Assembly: GCA_963823075.1 (NCBI GenBank)
Contig: CAWGKE010000001.1
Location: forward strand, 1,395,868-1,459,867
DNA from: an uncultured Planctomycetaceae bacterium
GTDB lineage: Bacteria > Planctomycetota > Planctomycetia > Gemmatales > Gemmataceae
Direction: 5' to 3'
DNA: 64,000 nt
Shown here: piece after piece, positions 41,484-51,039 of the stretch
Layout of the letters: every line of letters begins with the position of its first letter
Position numbering within the stretch: the stretch's first letter is position 1
Program-made: the position numbers and the translations under genes
The notes under the pieces: generated by a model
The model's input: the letters and a program-made list of their open reading frames with translations, nothing else
Databases searched by the model: none
Told to the model about the DNA's origin: nothing

Positions 41484-41992
41484 TTTTTTTTTAACTCGGC
41501 AATGTCTTGGCGGGCTTGGGCTTGTTTCTCGGGGTTGCCGCGCAGGTAGCGGTAGGTCGGGCGATACAGGCGGATATCGATCTTGGCACAGAAACGCTGC
41601 ACGGCGCTGCGGGATGTCTGGATGCCTCTGGTCTTGAGCAGATAGTCGGCCAACTCCTCATGGGTCCAGTTGACCCGGTCCAGACCGCACGCGGCCGGCC
41701 CGTTGATGACCCAGCGTTTGACCTCGCCGGCCAGGTGGGTCGGGATTTTGGCTGGCGCCCCCTTCGGTTTGCGGGGGCGCAGACCGTCCAGACCCCGATC
41801 GAGGTAGACGTTGAGCCAGCGTTGGACGGTGCGTGGGGTGATGGCCAGGTCCTGGGCGATGTCCTGGTGGGGTCGATGGCGGCAGGCCAAGCGGATGATG
41901 GGGATGCGATCGCGGTACTTCGGGTCGGTCTCGTGGCGGAAGGCCTGGTCGAGACGTTGGCTTTCCTCCTGGGGCAGTCGGATGCGAATCAC
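41480..41992 (-). pseudogene. IS630-family transposase N-terminal (HTH) fragment, truncated by the MITE insertion
   Basis: 170 aa, homologous to the N-terminal half of the intact IS630 transposase. The stop TAG lies within the MITE TIR. Confidence 0.7.
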
Positions 41993-42080
41993 GTCAGGTC
42001 TGGTTCCTCCTTCGGGTCACTCGACCCCATTCATTCTACGCAACCAGACAAGCCTATCGGGTTTGTGTATCAGTAGAAAG

Positions 42081-42168
42081 CGGAGAGGGAGGGATTCGAA
42101 CCCTCGGTAGACTTGTCGTCCTCACCGGTTTTCGAGACCGGCCCGATCGGCCGCTCCGGCACCTCTCC
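42081..42168 (-). tRNA. tRNA-Ser(CGA)
   Basis: Acceptor GGAGAGG/CCTCTCC. Anticodon loop CTCGAAA. Long variable arm. T-arm GAGGGTTCGAATCCCTC. Confidence 0.8.
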
Positions 42169-42521
42169 GAGAAACCGCACAAACCCGTCCTCCCCCGCAT
42201 TCTAGCAGCCCAGCCCCCTGCCGACAATTTCCCCTCCTCCCCGCCGCTTGCATCCGGCTCGAAGGACGTGGGACAGGATTCCGATCCTGTCCGGTTGGGT
42301 CAGGATTGGAATCCTGACCCACGGCCCAATAGTGTTCGGCACGGCGTTTGAGAGGGACGTAAGTGGCGATCCCCCCGTGGTTAACGGCAAATGAGCGGGT
42401 GAGCCTCGACCAATTGTTCCAATGGGCACCCATCAGCGCAACTCTCAATTGCCATTAGACTTATGCGCTTCCTCAAATCGTGTGCCGAACACTATTGCCC
42501 ACGGCCCCATGTCGTGCTCCT

Positions 42522-43906
42522 AAGCAAGTACGCAAAAGTGTTTTGACAAAGTTCATTTGAGCCAGAAGGTGTCGCTGAACACGCCGGACGTATGCAGAGC
42601 CTCTTGGTTCGACAAGCCGCCCAGGTAGTCGAGGAAGCGGTTCACCTGTTCCTCGATCGGCTCGTATTGCTTGTTGGCGCTGATCACGTCCTTGCCCTGG
42701 CCCCACAGCGTATCCATCGGGTTCAACTCCGGGGACCTCTTGGGCAGCCACAGCAGCGTCATCCCCTCCGCCTTGGCCAGCGATGCCTTGGCCGTGTGGC
42801 TGCGATTCTCATCCACGAGCATGGCCACGTGCCAGCCCCGGTAACGCCCGCGTACTTCCTCCAGGAACGCCTGGAAGTCGATGCTCTGCCCCTTCGCCCT
42901 CGGCAGGAAGAGCCGCGCCCCGGTGCGCAGGTTCATCGCCCCGAAGACGACCCGCCGCGCGTTCCAGCCGCTCAGCAGCACCGGCGCGGTTTCCCCTCGC
43001 CGCGCCCACCCCGCCCGCAGAGGCGGGAAGAGCAGCAGGTCGGTTTCGTCCTGGGCCAGCACCACGCTTCGCCTGGGCAAGGCCAGGATCTGCCGCTTGA
43101 TCCGCCGTTTTTTTCTAGGACGGCAAACTTAACTTGAGACCCCGGCGGAAAAGCGATTTCTGGCGTTTTCCTGGGCGGCCCAGTCAAGAAAAGGCCGTTT
43201 TCCCGGGGCTCTCAAGTTAAGTTTGCCATCCTAGTTTTTTTCTAGGATGGCAAACTTAACTTGAGACCCCGGCGGACAAGCGATTTCTGGCGTTTTCCTG
43301 GGCCGCCCAGTAAGAACAGGCCGTTTTCGGGGCCTCTCAAGTTGAGTTTGCCGTCCTAGTTTTTTCTCGCGCAGCGGGTCCGGCGCGAGGGCGTAACGCG
43401 GCCGCTTCCAAACGAAGTCCCACTCGGCCAGCTGCCGGCGGATGGTGTCGCAGGAGGCCTCCCGGCTCGTGGCGACGGCCAGGGCCTCGCGGAGCAGCGG
43501 CGCCGTCCAGCTTACGTGGGGGAAGCCGACGTCCGGGGGGGAGCAGTCCAGCAGCGACTCCAGCAGTTCCAGGTCGTCCTCGTCCAGCAGTCGGGGTCGC
43601 CCGGGGCGTTCGCCCTCCGCAAGAGTATCGGGCGGAGGCGTCGTGGCGAAGGCGGCCAGCCAGTTGTGGACCGTCTGGCGGGTCACGCCGAGCATCCGGG
43701 CGATGTCGGCGGCAGACCGGCCTTGGTCGAATTCGAGAACGGCCAGAGTGCGGCGGAAGAGGCGAACGTCGCAGGCCTCCCGCAGCTGTCGCCGCAATCG
43801 CCGCCGTTGCCAGGATGTCAGATGGAGTCGATCCATGGTACTTCCCCCTCTACCCGAGAGGATACCAATAAACCGGGTGTCAAATTACTTTTGCGTACCT
43901 GCTTAC
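42522..43906 (-). mobile_element. IS630-family element whose transposase gene is split by a tandem MITE pair
   Basis: TIRs AAGCA(A/G)GTACGCAAAAGT..TTTGAC at both ends. orfA 43380-43836 (HTH) and orfB 42553-43080 (DDE: SQDE.., LPKRSPELNPMD) are separated by the MITEs at 43096-43340. Confidence 0.7.
43096..43340. mobile_element. Tandem pair of ~120-bp palindromic MITEs (same family as 41236-41483, opposite orientation)
   Basis: Copies at 43096-43215 and 43223-43340, flanked and separated by T-runs. Confidence 0.85.
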
Positions 43907-44819
43907 AGGCTCTGACAAAACCTACTTTTGGCATGGAATTTGCGCTATGGCACAATGGCCCTTCTTTCTCAGAGGTTGGTGTCATGGCGAATGCACATTT
44001 ACCCGATGCCTTCTATGACCTGGTTTCGCACCATCTGCCCCCCGAAAAGCCTGTCGGTCCCAAGGGCGGTCGCCCACCAATCCCCCACCGCATAGCCCTG
44101 AAAGTGATCTGGTTCGTCCTCGTCTCCGGCTGCCGGTGGGAAGACGTGCCGCACGAGATGGGCTGCTCCGGACGCACCGCCCACCGGCGGCTGCCTTGTG
44201 GGAGGAACTGGGCGTCTGGGACCGTCTGCACGCCGATCTGCTCCGCCTGCTGCGGCAGGACGACAAGCTCGACCCCGCTCTGGTCATCGTAGACGGCGTG
44301 ATCGTGCGGGCCTTCGGCGGCGGCGAGGACACCGGCCCCAGCCCCGTGGACCGGGCGAAAAAAGGCTCCAAACACACCTTGATGGTGGATCGACACGGTG
44401 TGCCGCTGGCCATCCACACGGTGGCAGCCAACGCCAGCGATCACGGGCAGATCATCCCCATCGTGCTGGACTTCCCGCAGGTCGGCGGCAAAGTGGGCCG
44501 ACCGAAGGAACTACCCGACGAGTTGTACGCCGATGCGGGTTACGACAGCGAGGCGACCCGCTGGCTGCTGGCCTGGCTGGGGATCGAGGCCAAGATCAAC
44601 AAGCGGCGGTCGGTGCACGGGAGCGGGTTGGGCAAGGTACGCTGGGTAGTGGAGCGGACCATCAGTTGGCTCAAGGGACTGAGGCGAATGCGCATCCGCT
44701 ACGACCGCCTCAAGGTGGTCCAGGAGGCGTGGAATACGCTGGCAGCGAGTGTCATTTGCTTTCGCATTTGGCATCATGACTTCGCTGTTGCCTCATAGGG
44801 TTTTGTCAGAGCCTGTTAG
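43907..44819 (+). mobile_element. IS5-family (IS427/ISL2-like) insertion sequence
   Basis: TIRs ACAGGCTCTGACAAAACC / GGTTTTGTCAGAGCCTGT. The transposase is split over two frames (43985 to about 44195, then 44136-44798) with the DDE region DGVIVRA...YADAGYDSE. Confidence 0.75.
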
Positions 44820-46318
44820 TATTACAGCGCAGGGCGCTTTGCTCTTCTACGCGAAGGGAGAAAACGGTACAAGACGAACTCCTTCGCCCGCAGTCCGCCG
44901 TAGGAGGGACCGTTCATGGACGGGCAACAATTGCGGGCGCTCAAGCCTGAGTTGGATCGTTTTTTGGACCGGTACGCGCCCCTGTTCGGCCGTGACGAGA
45001 ATCAGGCCCATGCACGCCGCTTCGTTCAAGGACTGCTGCACAAGGGTGAACGTCGCAACATCGAGAACATCGCCGAGGCTCTCGACGGCGGTCCCGTGCG
45101 TTCCTTGCAGGCGTTTGTGACCACCGGCGCCTGGCACGACCAGGCCCTGCTGGCCGAGTTGCGCCGGGACGTGCTGGCGGTTCTCGCGGACGAGGACGCC
45201 GTCTGGAACTCGGACGAGACCGGCTTCCCCAAGAAGGGCGCCAAGTCGGTGGGGGTCAAGCGGCAATACTCCGGCACGCTCGGTCGCACGGATAATTGTC
45301 AGATCGGCGTGTTCGCCAACTACTGCTCGTCCAAGGGGCACACCTTCATGGACCGCCGCTTATTCCTGCCGGAGGAGTGGGCCGACGACGCGGGGCGACG
45401 CGCCGAGGCGGGCGTCCCCGAGGACGTGCTCTTTCGCACCAAACCAGCGTTGGCGCTGGAGATGGCAGCCAGGCCGTCGCCGAAGGCATCCCCTTCCGCT
45501 GGGTCGGCGGCGACAGTGTCTACGGCGACAACCCGACCTTCGTGCAGGGCGTGCGTGCGTTGGGCAAGTGGTATGTGTTGGACATCGCCTGCGACACGCG
45601 GGTATGGACCGAGCCACCCCAGGTCATCCCGGCGGCAGAGCGGCCGCGTCCGCGGCGTGGCCGTCCACCCACCACGCCGTTGGTGGTCGGCGAGCGGCGA
45701 CGTGTGGACGAGATCGCGGCGGCCCTTGCCGGCGACGGCCTGGCGACGCGTCGTCGTGGGCGAAGGCAGTCAGGGGCCGCGAATGTACGAATACGCTGAG
45801 GTGGCCGTGTGGTTGTGTGAGGACGAGTTGCCGGGACCGCCCGAGCGTTTGTTGGTGCGGCGTTCGCTGGGGCAGTCGGCGGAGTGGAAGTACCACCGCG
45901 CTCACGCGGCGGCGACCGTGTCGCTGGAGAAGCTGGCGCAGGTGCGTGGCACGCGCTGGACGATCGAGGAAGACATCCAGTGTGGCAAGGGGGAGTGTGG
46001 CCTGGACGAGTACGAGACGCGTGGCTGGGTGGGCTGGCACCATCACACGGCGTTGTCGCTGTTGGCGTTGGCGTTCTTGGTGCTCCAGAAGCAGCGGTTG
46101 GGGGAAAAAAAGAGCCGCAGATGACCGTCCCGGAAGTGCGCGCGTTGCTGACGCATCTGCTGGAAGTGCGCGTGTGGGACGACGACGACATCCTGGGGTG
46201 GTCGGAGTGGCGGCGCGAACGCAACCGCCGGGCCTCGGAAAGTCATCGCAAGCGGCGGCTCGCCGAACTGCGGCCGCCGCGAAGTAAGAAAAAGAAGCCT
46301 GCGCTGTAATATTAGTTC
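44820..46318 (+). mobile_element. IS701-family insertion sequence; transposase carries three frameshifts
   Basis: TIRs TAGTATTACAGCGCAGG / CCTGCGCTGTAATATTAG. Transposase 44916-46309 with RQYSGTLGRTDNCQIGVF and WTIEEDIQCGKGECGLDEY. Frame switches near 45470 and 45740, and at the A7 run near 46115. Confidence 0.75.
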
Positions 46319-47238
46319 GCTTGCCTATTTGACCCCATAAACTGCTCCAAATACCGCTTGCTCTGCCGCAGCGCCCGCTGCCGATCCGCCAGCGACCTTT
46401 CATACGCCCGGTCCTCCACTTCAATGCACACCGCTCCGCGGTAGTCGGCGTCCGTCAGCGCGGAGAACAACGATCCCCATTGTACGTCTCCCAGCCCCGG
46501 CAGCTTCGCCGTGTGCCAGCCCAGGCCCAGCACGCCCACCGCGTACAGCGTGTCGGCGTCGATGCGCGCGTCCTTGGCGTGGAAGTGGACGATGCGGCGG
46601 CCGAACTCGCGGATGCACCGCGCGGAATCGATGTGCTGCCAGACCAGATGCGACGGGTCGAAATTCAACCCCAGGGTGGAGCTGGGCAGCGCCTCGAACA
46701 GCGCCCGCCAGATTTCCGGCGTCGTCGCCAGGTTCTTGCCGCCCGGCCATTCGTCCTTCGAGAACAGCATCGGACAGTTTTCGATCCCGATGTGGACCCG
46801 CGACTCCTCCGCATGGCGCAGCAGGTCCGGCCACACCGTCCGCACCATCGGCCAGTTCGCCTCCACGGACCGCGACGGGTCGCGGCCGATGAACGTGTTC
46901 ACCACCGAAACGCCCAGCCGCGACGCCGCGGTCATCACCTTTTTCAGATGCTCCGCCACGAGGCTCCGATGCTCCGGGTCGGGGTCGAGCGGGTTCGGGT
47001 AGTAGCCCAGGCCGGAGATGGCCACGCCGTACCGCTGCGTCAGGTCGCGCACGCGGCCGGCGTCGTCGGCGCCGAAGTGCGTCGCGTCCAGGTGCGTCAC
47101 GCCGGCGTAGCGGCGGTCGGCCCCGCCCGGAGGCCAGCACATCAGCTCCACGCAGGAGAAACCCTCGTCCCGCGCGAAGCCGAGGACCTGTTCCAAAGTG
47201 AGGTCGCCTAAAATGGCGCTGACGAAACCGAGCTGCAT
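46312..47238 (-). CDS. Sugar phosphate isomerase/epimerase (xylose-isomerase-like TIM barrel)
   Basis: 308 aa. Xylose-isomerase-like TIM-barrel sequence features (HIGIENC, FHAKD). Its 3' end abuts the IS701 TIR. Confidence 0.75.
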   Translation of the reverse strand: MQLGFVSAILGDLTLEQVLGFARDEGFSCVELMCWPPGGADRRYAGVTHLDATHFGADDAGRVRDLTQRYGVAISGLGYYPNPLDPDPEHRSLVAEHLKKVMTAASRLGVSVVNTFIGRDPSRSVEANWPMVRTVWPDLLRHAEESRVHIGIENCPMLFSKDEWPGGKNLATTPEIWRALFEALPSSTLGLNFDPSHLVWQHIDSARCIREFGRRIVHFHAKDARIDADTLYAVGVLGLGWHTAKLPGLGDVQWGSLFSALTDADYRGAVCIEVEDRAYERSLADRQRALRQSKRYLEQFMGSNRQAN

Positions 47239-47367
47239 GGGAGCGGTCCTCCAGGTGTCCCGGCGAACGGCCGGCGCGAGCCGGCGGGTGCGTCCCTCCG
47301 TCTGAGGCCCTATGCTATGCCAGCCGCCTCACGCCGGCCGTTCGCCGGGGACTTCGCCTTCGGCGCC

Positions 47368-47700
47368 TGCGCCAAACCGTGCGCCAAACGGGCGCCCCTT
47401 GGCGCACACTTAAGTCCTTGGCGGGCCTGGCTTTTCCGGGCCTTGCGCCATTGCGCCAAGGGTCCGGGGGCCCCTGAATAATGGCCGCCGTTGGGCGACG
47501 ATGAAGGCGAAGCAAGGCGGCGAGCGGCGACCGGCCGGCCGAGCCTTGATATCGCTCATCAGTCGCCGGCGGGACTCGGCGGACGGACGCTTCGACATGG
47601 CGCACCTCGACGTTCCGGGGACGCTGGGCGACGCCGAGTGTACCATGCGGAGGGTGCGTCTGGGCAGATCAACGCGGAGGGGAAATGGGTGCGAATGAGG
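47368..47700. repeat. Dispersed ~300-bp intergenic repeat, copy B (copy A at 8787-9075)
   Basis: Same conserved blocks as copy A. The overlapping ORFs share the peptide RVY(R/H)AEGASGQ only because the nucleotide sequence is conserved. Confidence 0.7.
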
Positions 47701-47816
47701 GCCGATGGGCGACGGCGGCCGTGTTCGCCGCCGGAGGGGACAGCCGGCGGTCTGCGCTCCGAGGCAGCGAAGGTTCCGAACGTCTCTTCGGTCCTGACGC
47801 CTTTTCGGCCCGCGTC

Positions 47817-48033
47817 ACTTATCCTTCTCCTTGCCGCTCTTGTCGGGAAGTTGGATCTCCTTTTGATCGGCGAGGAAGCGGGCGTACTCCATAACCGCCT
47901 TGAGCGGCTCGACGGTATCGACCGGCTTGACCAGCGTGGGGTCGTAGTCGTGCCGCTGGACGGTTTCGTCGAGTTCCCAGTACAAGTGCTTGCCGACGCT
48001 GTCGCCCTTGCGGGCCTTGCCGAAGGAGATTAA
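47817..48033 (-). pseudogene. 3' fragment of a host gene, truncated at the low-GC island boundary
   Basis: The minus-strand frame reads ...LISFGKARKGDSVGKHLYWELDETVQRHDYDPTLVKPVDTVEPLKAVMEYARFLADQKEIQLPDKSGKEKDK* with no upstream continuation beyond 48033. Confidence 0.5.
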
Positions 48034-48036
48034 TGG

Positions 48037-48078
48037 TGTCAGATCATATTTATACTATATATTATGATCTTACACCAG
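48037..48078. repeat. AT-rich palindrome at the island junction
   Basis: GTGTCAGATCATAT..ATTATGATCTTACAC. A local GC drop in otherwise ~70% GC DNA. Confidence 0.6.
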
Positions 48079-48349
48079 TTTCCCGGACCGACGCCGCCCC
48101 TGATTGCCCTGGATGGCGAGGGCCAGCCGTAGGAATTGGCTTCGTTCGGCAAAACCATCCGTCGGGGCCGGACGAACGCCGTTGCAACCCCCGGCCGGAC
48201 GGCGGTAAGCGGGAAACGGCAAGAAAACCGCATGTTTTCCCGTGACGGGCGCCCGGAGGCGGCCGCCGGCCTCGGCGGCGGGATCGCCGGAAAATGTCCA
48301 AAATGCTGATGATTTAGGAAAAAAATGCACGGGTCGGAGGTCACACGTC

Positions 48350-48877
48350 ATGGGCGGGACGCTCTCGACACGGTGGAACGGACACACGAAACGCGACACC
48401 GTGGAGGACGGCCGGACGCTGGACCTCGGGGAAATGGCGCGGAAGGGTTGCTTCGTGCCCTGGTATAGCGGCCGGTGTACCTGGTACAGCGGCGAGACGG
48501 AAACCGCCTCGATCGGTTACACGGTTCGCCCGGCGGACGTGGGCCTCGTCCTCGTGCTGTCCTACAACATGGTTCGGACCAAGCAGGAAGTGGAGGTCCG
48601 CATCCCCCTCGAAACGACGCGCCCGCACTTCGGCGGGGTCCGTTGGTGGGGTCGCTGCCCGTGCGGCCGGCGGGTGAGGAAGCTATACCTCCCGCCCGGA
48701 GCTGGTCGTTTCGCGTGCCGAACGTGCCACGGTCTGACCTACGAATCCGTTCAGTCTCACGACAAGCGCGTGGACGCCTTGCGGCGGAACCCGGACCTGA
48801 TCGAGCGCATCCTGGATGACGCTGCGGCGAATCCTCTTTGCTCCAAGCTGCTCATCGCGCTCAAGGCGTTGCGATGA
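48350..48877 (+). CDS. Hypothetical protein with a C4 zinc-finger-like motif
   Basis: ATG at 48350 (MGGTLSTRW). CPCG...CRTCH motif. About 175 aa. Confidence 0.45.
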   Translation: MGGTLSTRWNGHTKRDTVEDGRTLDLGEMARKGCFVPWYSGRCTWYSGETETASIGYTVRPADVGLVLVLSYNMVRTKQEVEVRIPLETTRPHFGGVRWWGRCPCGRRVRKLYLPPGAGRFACRTCHGLTYESVQSHDKRVDALRRNPDLIERILDDAAANPLCSKLLIALKALR

Positions 48878-49002
48878 GGGCCAGGACCGCGCGCCGCCGT
48901 GCGTCGCCGGGTGGGCCGCGGCGTGGCCGGTTGGCGCGGCGCCAACAGGCCGCTCCACGGCACCGAGAGCCGGTATTCAAGGGCATGGACGACGCGCCGA
49001 GG

Positions 49003-49062
49003 CGGGGGAATTCCGGAACCTATTTCGTGCTTGCAAACCGCCAGAATTTCGGCGAGGATGAC
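49003..49062 (+). repeat. Island repeat R1 (GGAATTCCGGAAC...AAACCGCCAGAATTTCGGCG)
   Basis: Nearly identical to the reverse complement of R4 (50939-51000). Related to R2 (49852-49912, reverse complement) and R3 (50402-50464). Confidence 0.75.
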
Positions 49063-49297
49063 AATACTACGGGCCCTATGCAAATGAGGCTGAGGTTCTC
49101 GCGCCCTACGAAATACCGCTGGAGGACATCGCTGGCTATCAACAAGTTGGCCCGGGAGAGAACCTTACGGGCCCCGTCACACCATTCCCATATTTCAACC
49201 CATGAAGACTTCGCATTCACTAGAGTTGGTCAGCCCTGAAGGGTCTAGTCGATGCGAACTTCAGCATACGACGAAACCTCCTTGGCGCTTACTGTTC

Positions 49298-49801
49298 ATG
49301 CACAAGACGCTAGGAAACCTACTTTGCGAGTCTAGCGATCTATTTGACGCACTCTGTAAGTTGCGTTTGGTCCTAGAGAGGCACAATTATAAGATTCTGT
49401 GCAACGGCGGCCGCATCGACGCCTGGCCATCAAACATGGCCAGGGACATGGGAGGCGGGAAAAAGGTCTATATTACTCAGATTGGTAAGCGTGCCCAGTT
49501 TGACGACTTGGTGCCATTATTTGGACCGACAGAAGGCGTGCTAGTTGCCACTGTGCAGGTACAGATCGCGCACCATCGGGAGTGGATAAGAAGCATCATG
49601 AGCGAATTGAATACTCCACCGCCAGAAGCGCTTAAGGAAGCGAAGCTCCGTCCCAACGGATGGGTCTATAAGATTGAGGGTGACTACGGGCCGCAAGACA
49701 GCGTGCCTGTCGAAGCGATTGTTGGAGCATGGAAAGTCGATTTCGAAGGCAACATTGTTGGAGACTTTGTCCCCAACCCAAAGTATAAACCGAGACAGTA
49801 A
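49298..49801 (+). CDS. Hypothetical protein in low-GC (~48%) DNA, likely horizontally acquired
   Basis: ATG at 49298 (MHKTLGNLL). Clean codon structure. Flanked by the R1/R2 repeats. Confidence 0.5.
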   Translation: MHKTLGNLLCESSDLFDALCKLRLVLERHNYKILCNGGRIDAWPSNMARDMGGGKKVYITQIGKRAQFDDLVPLFGPTEGVLVATVQVQIAHHREWIRSIMSELNTPPPEALKEAKLRPNGWVYKIEGDYGPQDSVPVEAIVGAWKVDFEGNIVGDFVPNPKYKPRQ

Positions 49802-49851
49802 TCTTCCGCGGGTTTCTTCAGATGCCCATCTGCGGTGCGTTGCAAGCCTGT

Positions 49852-49912
49852 TGTGGCCTCTACGATATTTTGGCGGTTTTCCCGGCCGAAATCGGTTCCG
49901 GAATTCGGCCCG
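49852..49912 (-). repeat. Island repeat R2 (reverse orientation)
   Basis: Its reverse complement, CCGGGCCGAATTCCGGAACCGATTTCGGCC..AAAACCGCCAAAATATCGTAGAGGCCACAA, matches R3. Confidence 0.7.
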
Positions 49913-50401
49913 GGTACGCTTGGCGCCGGGGCCGCCCGCGCTCACCGGCTCCGCCCCCTCGACGCCTTCCGAAGCGCCGCCCTGCCCCCTTCCCTTCGCC
50001 CGCCGCGGCCCGCGCCGCGCCGCCGGACCCGGCCGCGTCCGGCGCTGATTCTACCCGGCCGCCGACGGCGGGGATAGCAGAATCGGCGACCCTGCGCGCA
50101 GGCCCCTGAACGGGCGTCGAGGCGCCGCTCGGGATCGCAACGCCCGACGACCGAACGGCAGGCCGACGCCGCGCCCGATCCGTCGCCCGGTGGCGGCTGA
50201 AGAAAGGGACGCGGCGTCCGATTTTTCGCTGGCAAAGGCGCAGTGGCGGACCTATAATGGCGGTCACCCTCATGGCCGGCCTCGCGTGCGCCGGAACCCT
50301 CCACGAGCGACAGGGCGCACGGCTGGGCCGGCCAAAGCCGCGGCGCATCCAGCGGCCGCGGGCGCGTGACCCGCGGCGTGTTCTCTTTGTACCCGGAGGG
50401 A

Positions 50402-50464
50402 GGCGAATTCCGGAACCAATTACGCGGAAAAAGGCCGCCAGAATTTTGTAGAGGCCACAGCATG
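50402..50464 (+). repeat. Island repeat R3
   Basis: GGCGAATTCCGGAACCAATTACGCGG..GCCGCCAGAATTTTGTAGAGGCCACAG. Confidence 0.7.
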
Positions 50465-50594
50465 TGCGAGAACTGGGCAAAGGTGTACCAGTACATGGAG
50501 AGCGTGGGAAAAGGGGGAGCAAGCGCGGGCCCGCGCCAACCTCATGGTGAAAATCGCCGGGTTGCTGAAATGAAATACAAAGAAAGGGTGTCAA

Positions 50595-50855
50595 ATGGAC
50601 CAGCTTGTTAGGCAGCGATTTCTTGTCAAGAATGCCTTCGCGCAGTCAATTGAGCTGCGAATCGAGCCGATAACCGAGAAAGTACTTATGCCGGCGGGCG
50701 CGGTGTTTCAATTGGAAGCGGATTATGACGGCCGAGTTCTGCCCAGAATCGACTTCGCCGACGGATCAGTCACCGTCTACGCTATCGTGCATTTAATTTC
50801 ATCTGTTGCGGACGATAATTCTCTTACTCTTCTGTGGTCGCTTGATCCCCCGTAA
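50595..50855 (+). CDS. Small hypothetical protein in low-GC DNA
   Basis: 86 aa, ~50% GC, located between R3 and R4. Confidence 0.35.
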   Translation: MDQLVRQRFLVKNAFAQSIELRIEPITEKVLMPAGAVFQLEADYDGRVLPRIDFADGSVTVYAIVHLISSVADDNSLTLLWSLDPP

Positions 50856-50938
50856 ACAGAGATAAGAAGTAGGGATAAGCGGGGATAAGGTCGGGGCTGT
50901 GGGTCCCGAAAAACTCGTCGTCCGGTTCGACGCAGGCG

Positions 50939-51000
50939 ATGTCATCCTCGCCGAAATTCTGGCGGTTTACAAGCACGAAATAGGTTCCGGAATTCCCTCC
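50939..51000 (-). repeat. Island repeat R4 (reverse orientation; inverted partner of R1)
   Basis: TGTCATCCTCGCCGAAATTCTGGCGGTTTACAAGCACGAAATAGGTTCCGGAATTCC. Confidence 0.75.
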
Positions 51001-51039
51001 CTTCGGACGGCGGGCTGAACCCCGCCGGAAGGAGGAGTC

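Noticed and set aside
43999-44431. Minus-strand ORFs inside the IS5 element (43982..44431 and others)
   Set aside because: Antisense to the transposase, which has the DDE motifs on the plus strand.
47491-48033. 180-aa ORF that shares a peptide with the ORF at 8824-9150
   Set aside because: The similarity comes from the conserved nucleotide repeat (copies A and B). Neither ORF has a coding context or an RBS.
49541-50594. Minus-strand ORFs across the island repeats (49541..49945, 49860..50594, 49942..50496)
   Set aside because: RG/PR-rich translations of the GC-rich spacer between low-GC genes. The repeated peptide fragments (IPEPIS, FRNRFRPGKPP) only reflect the R1-R4 nucleotide repeats.
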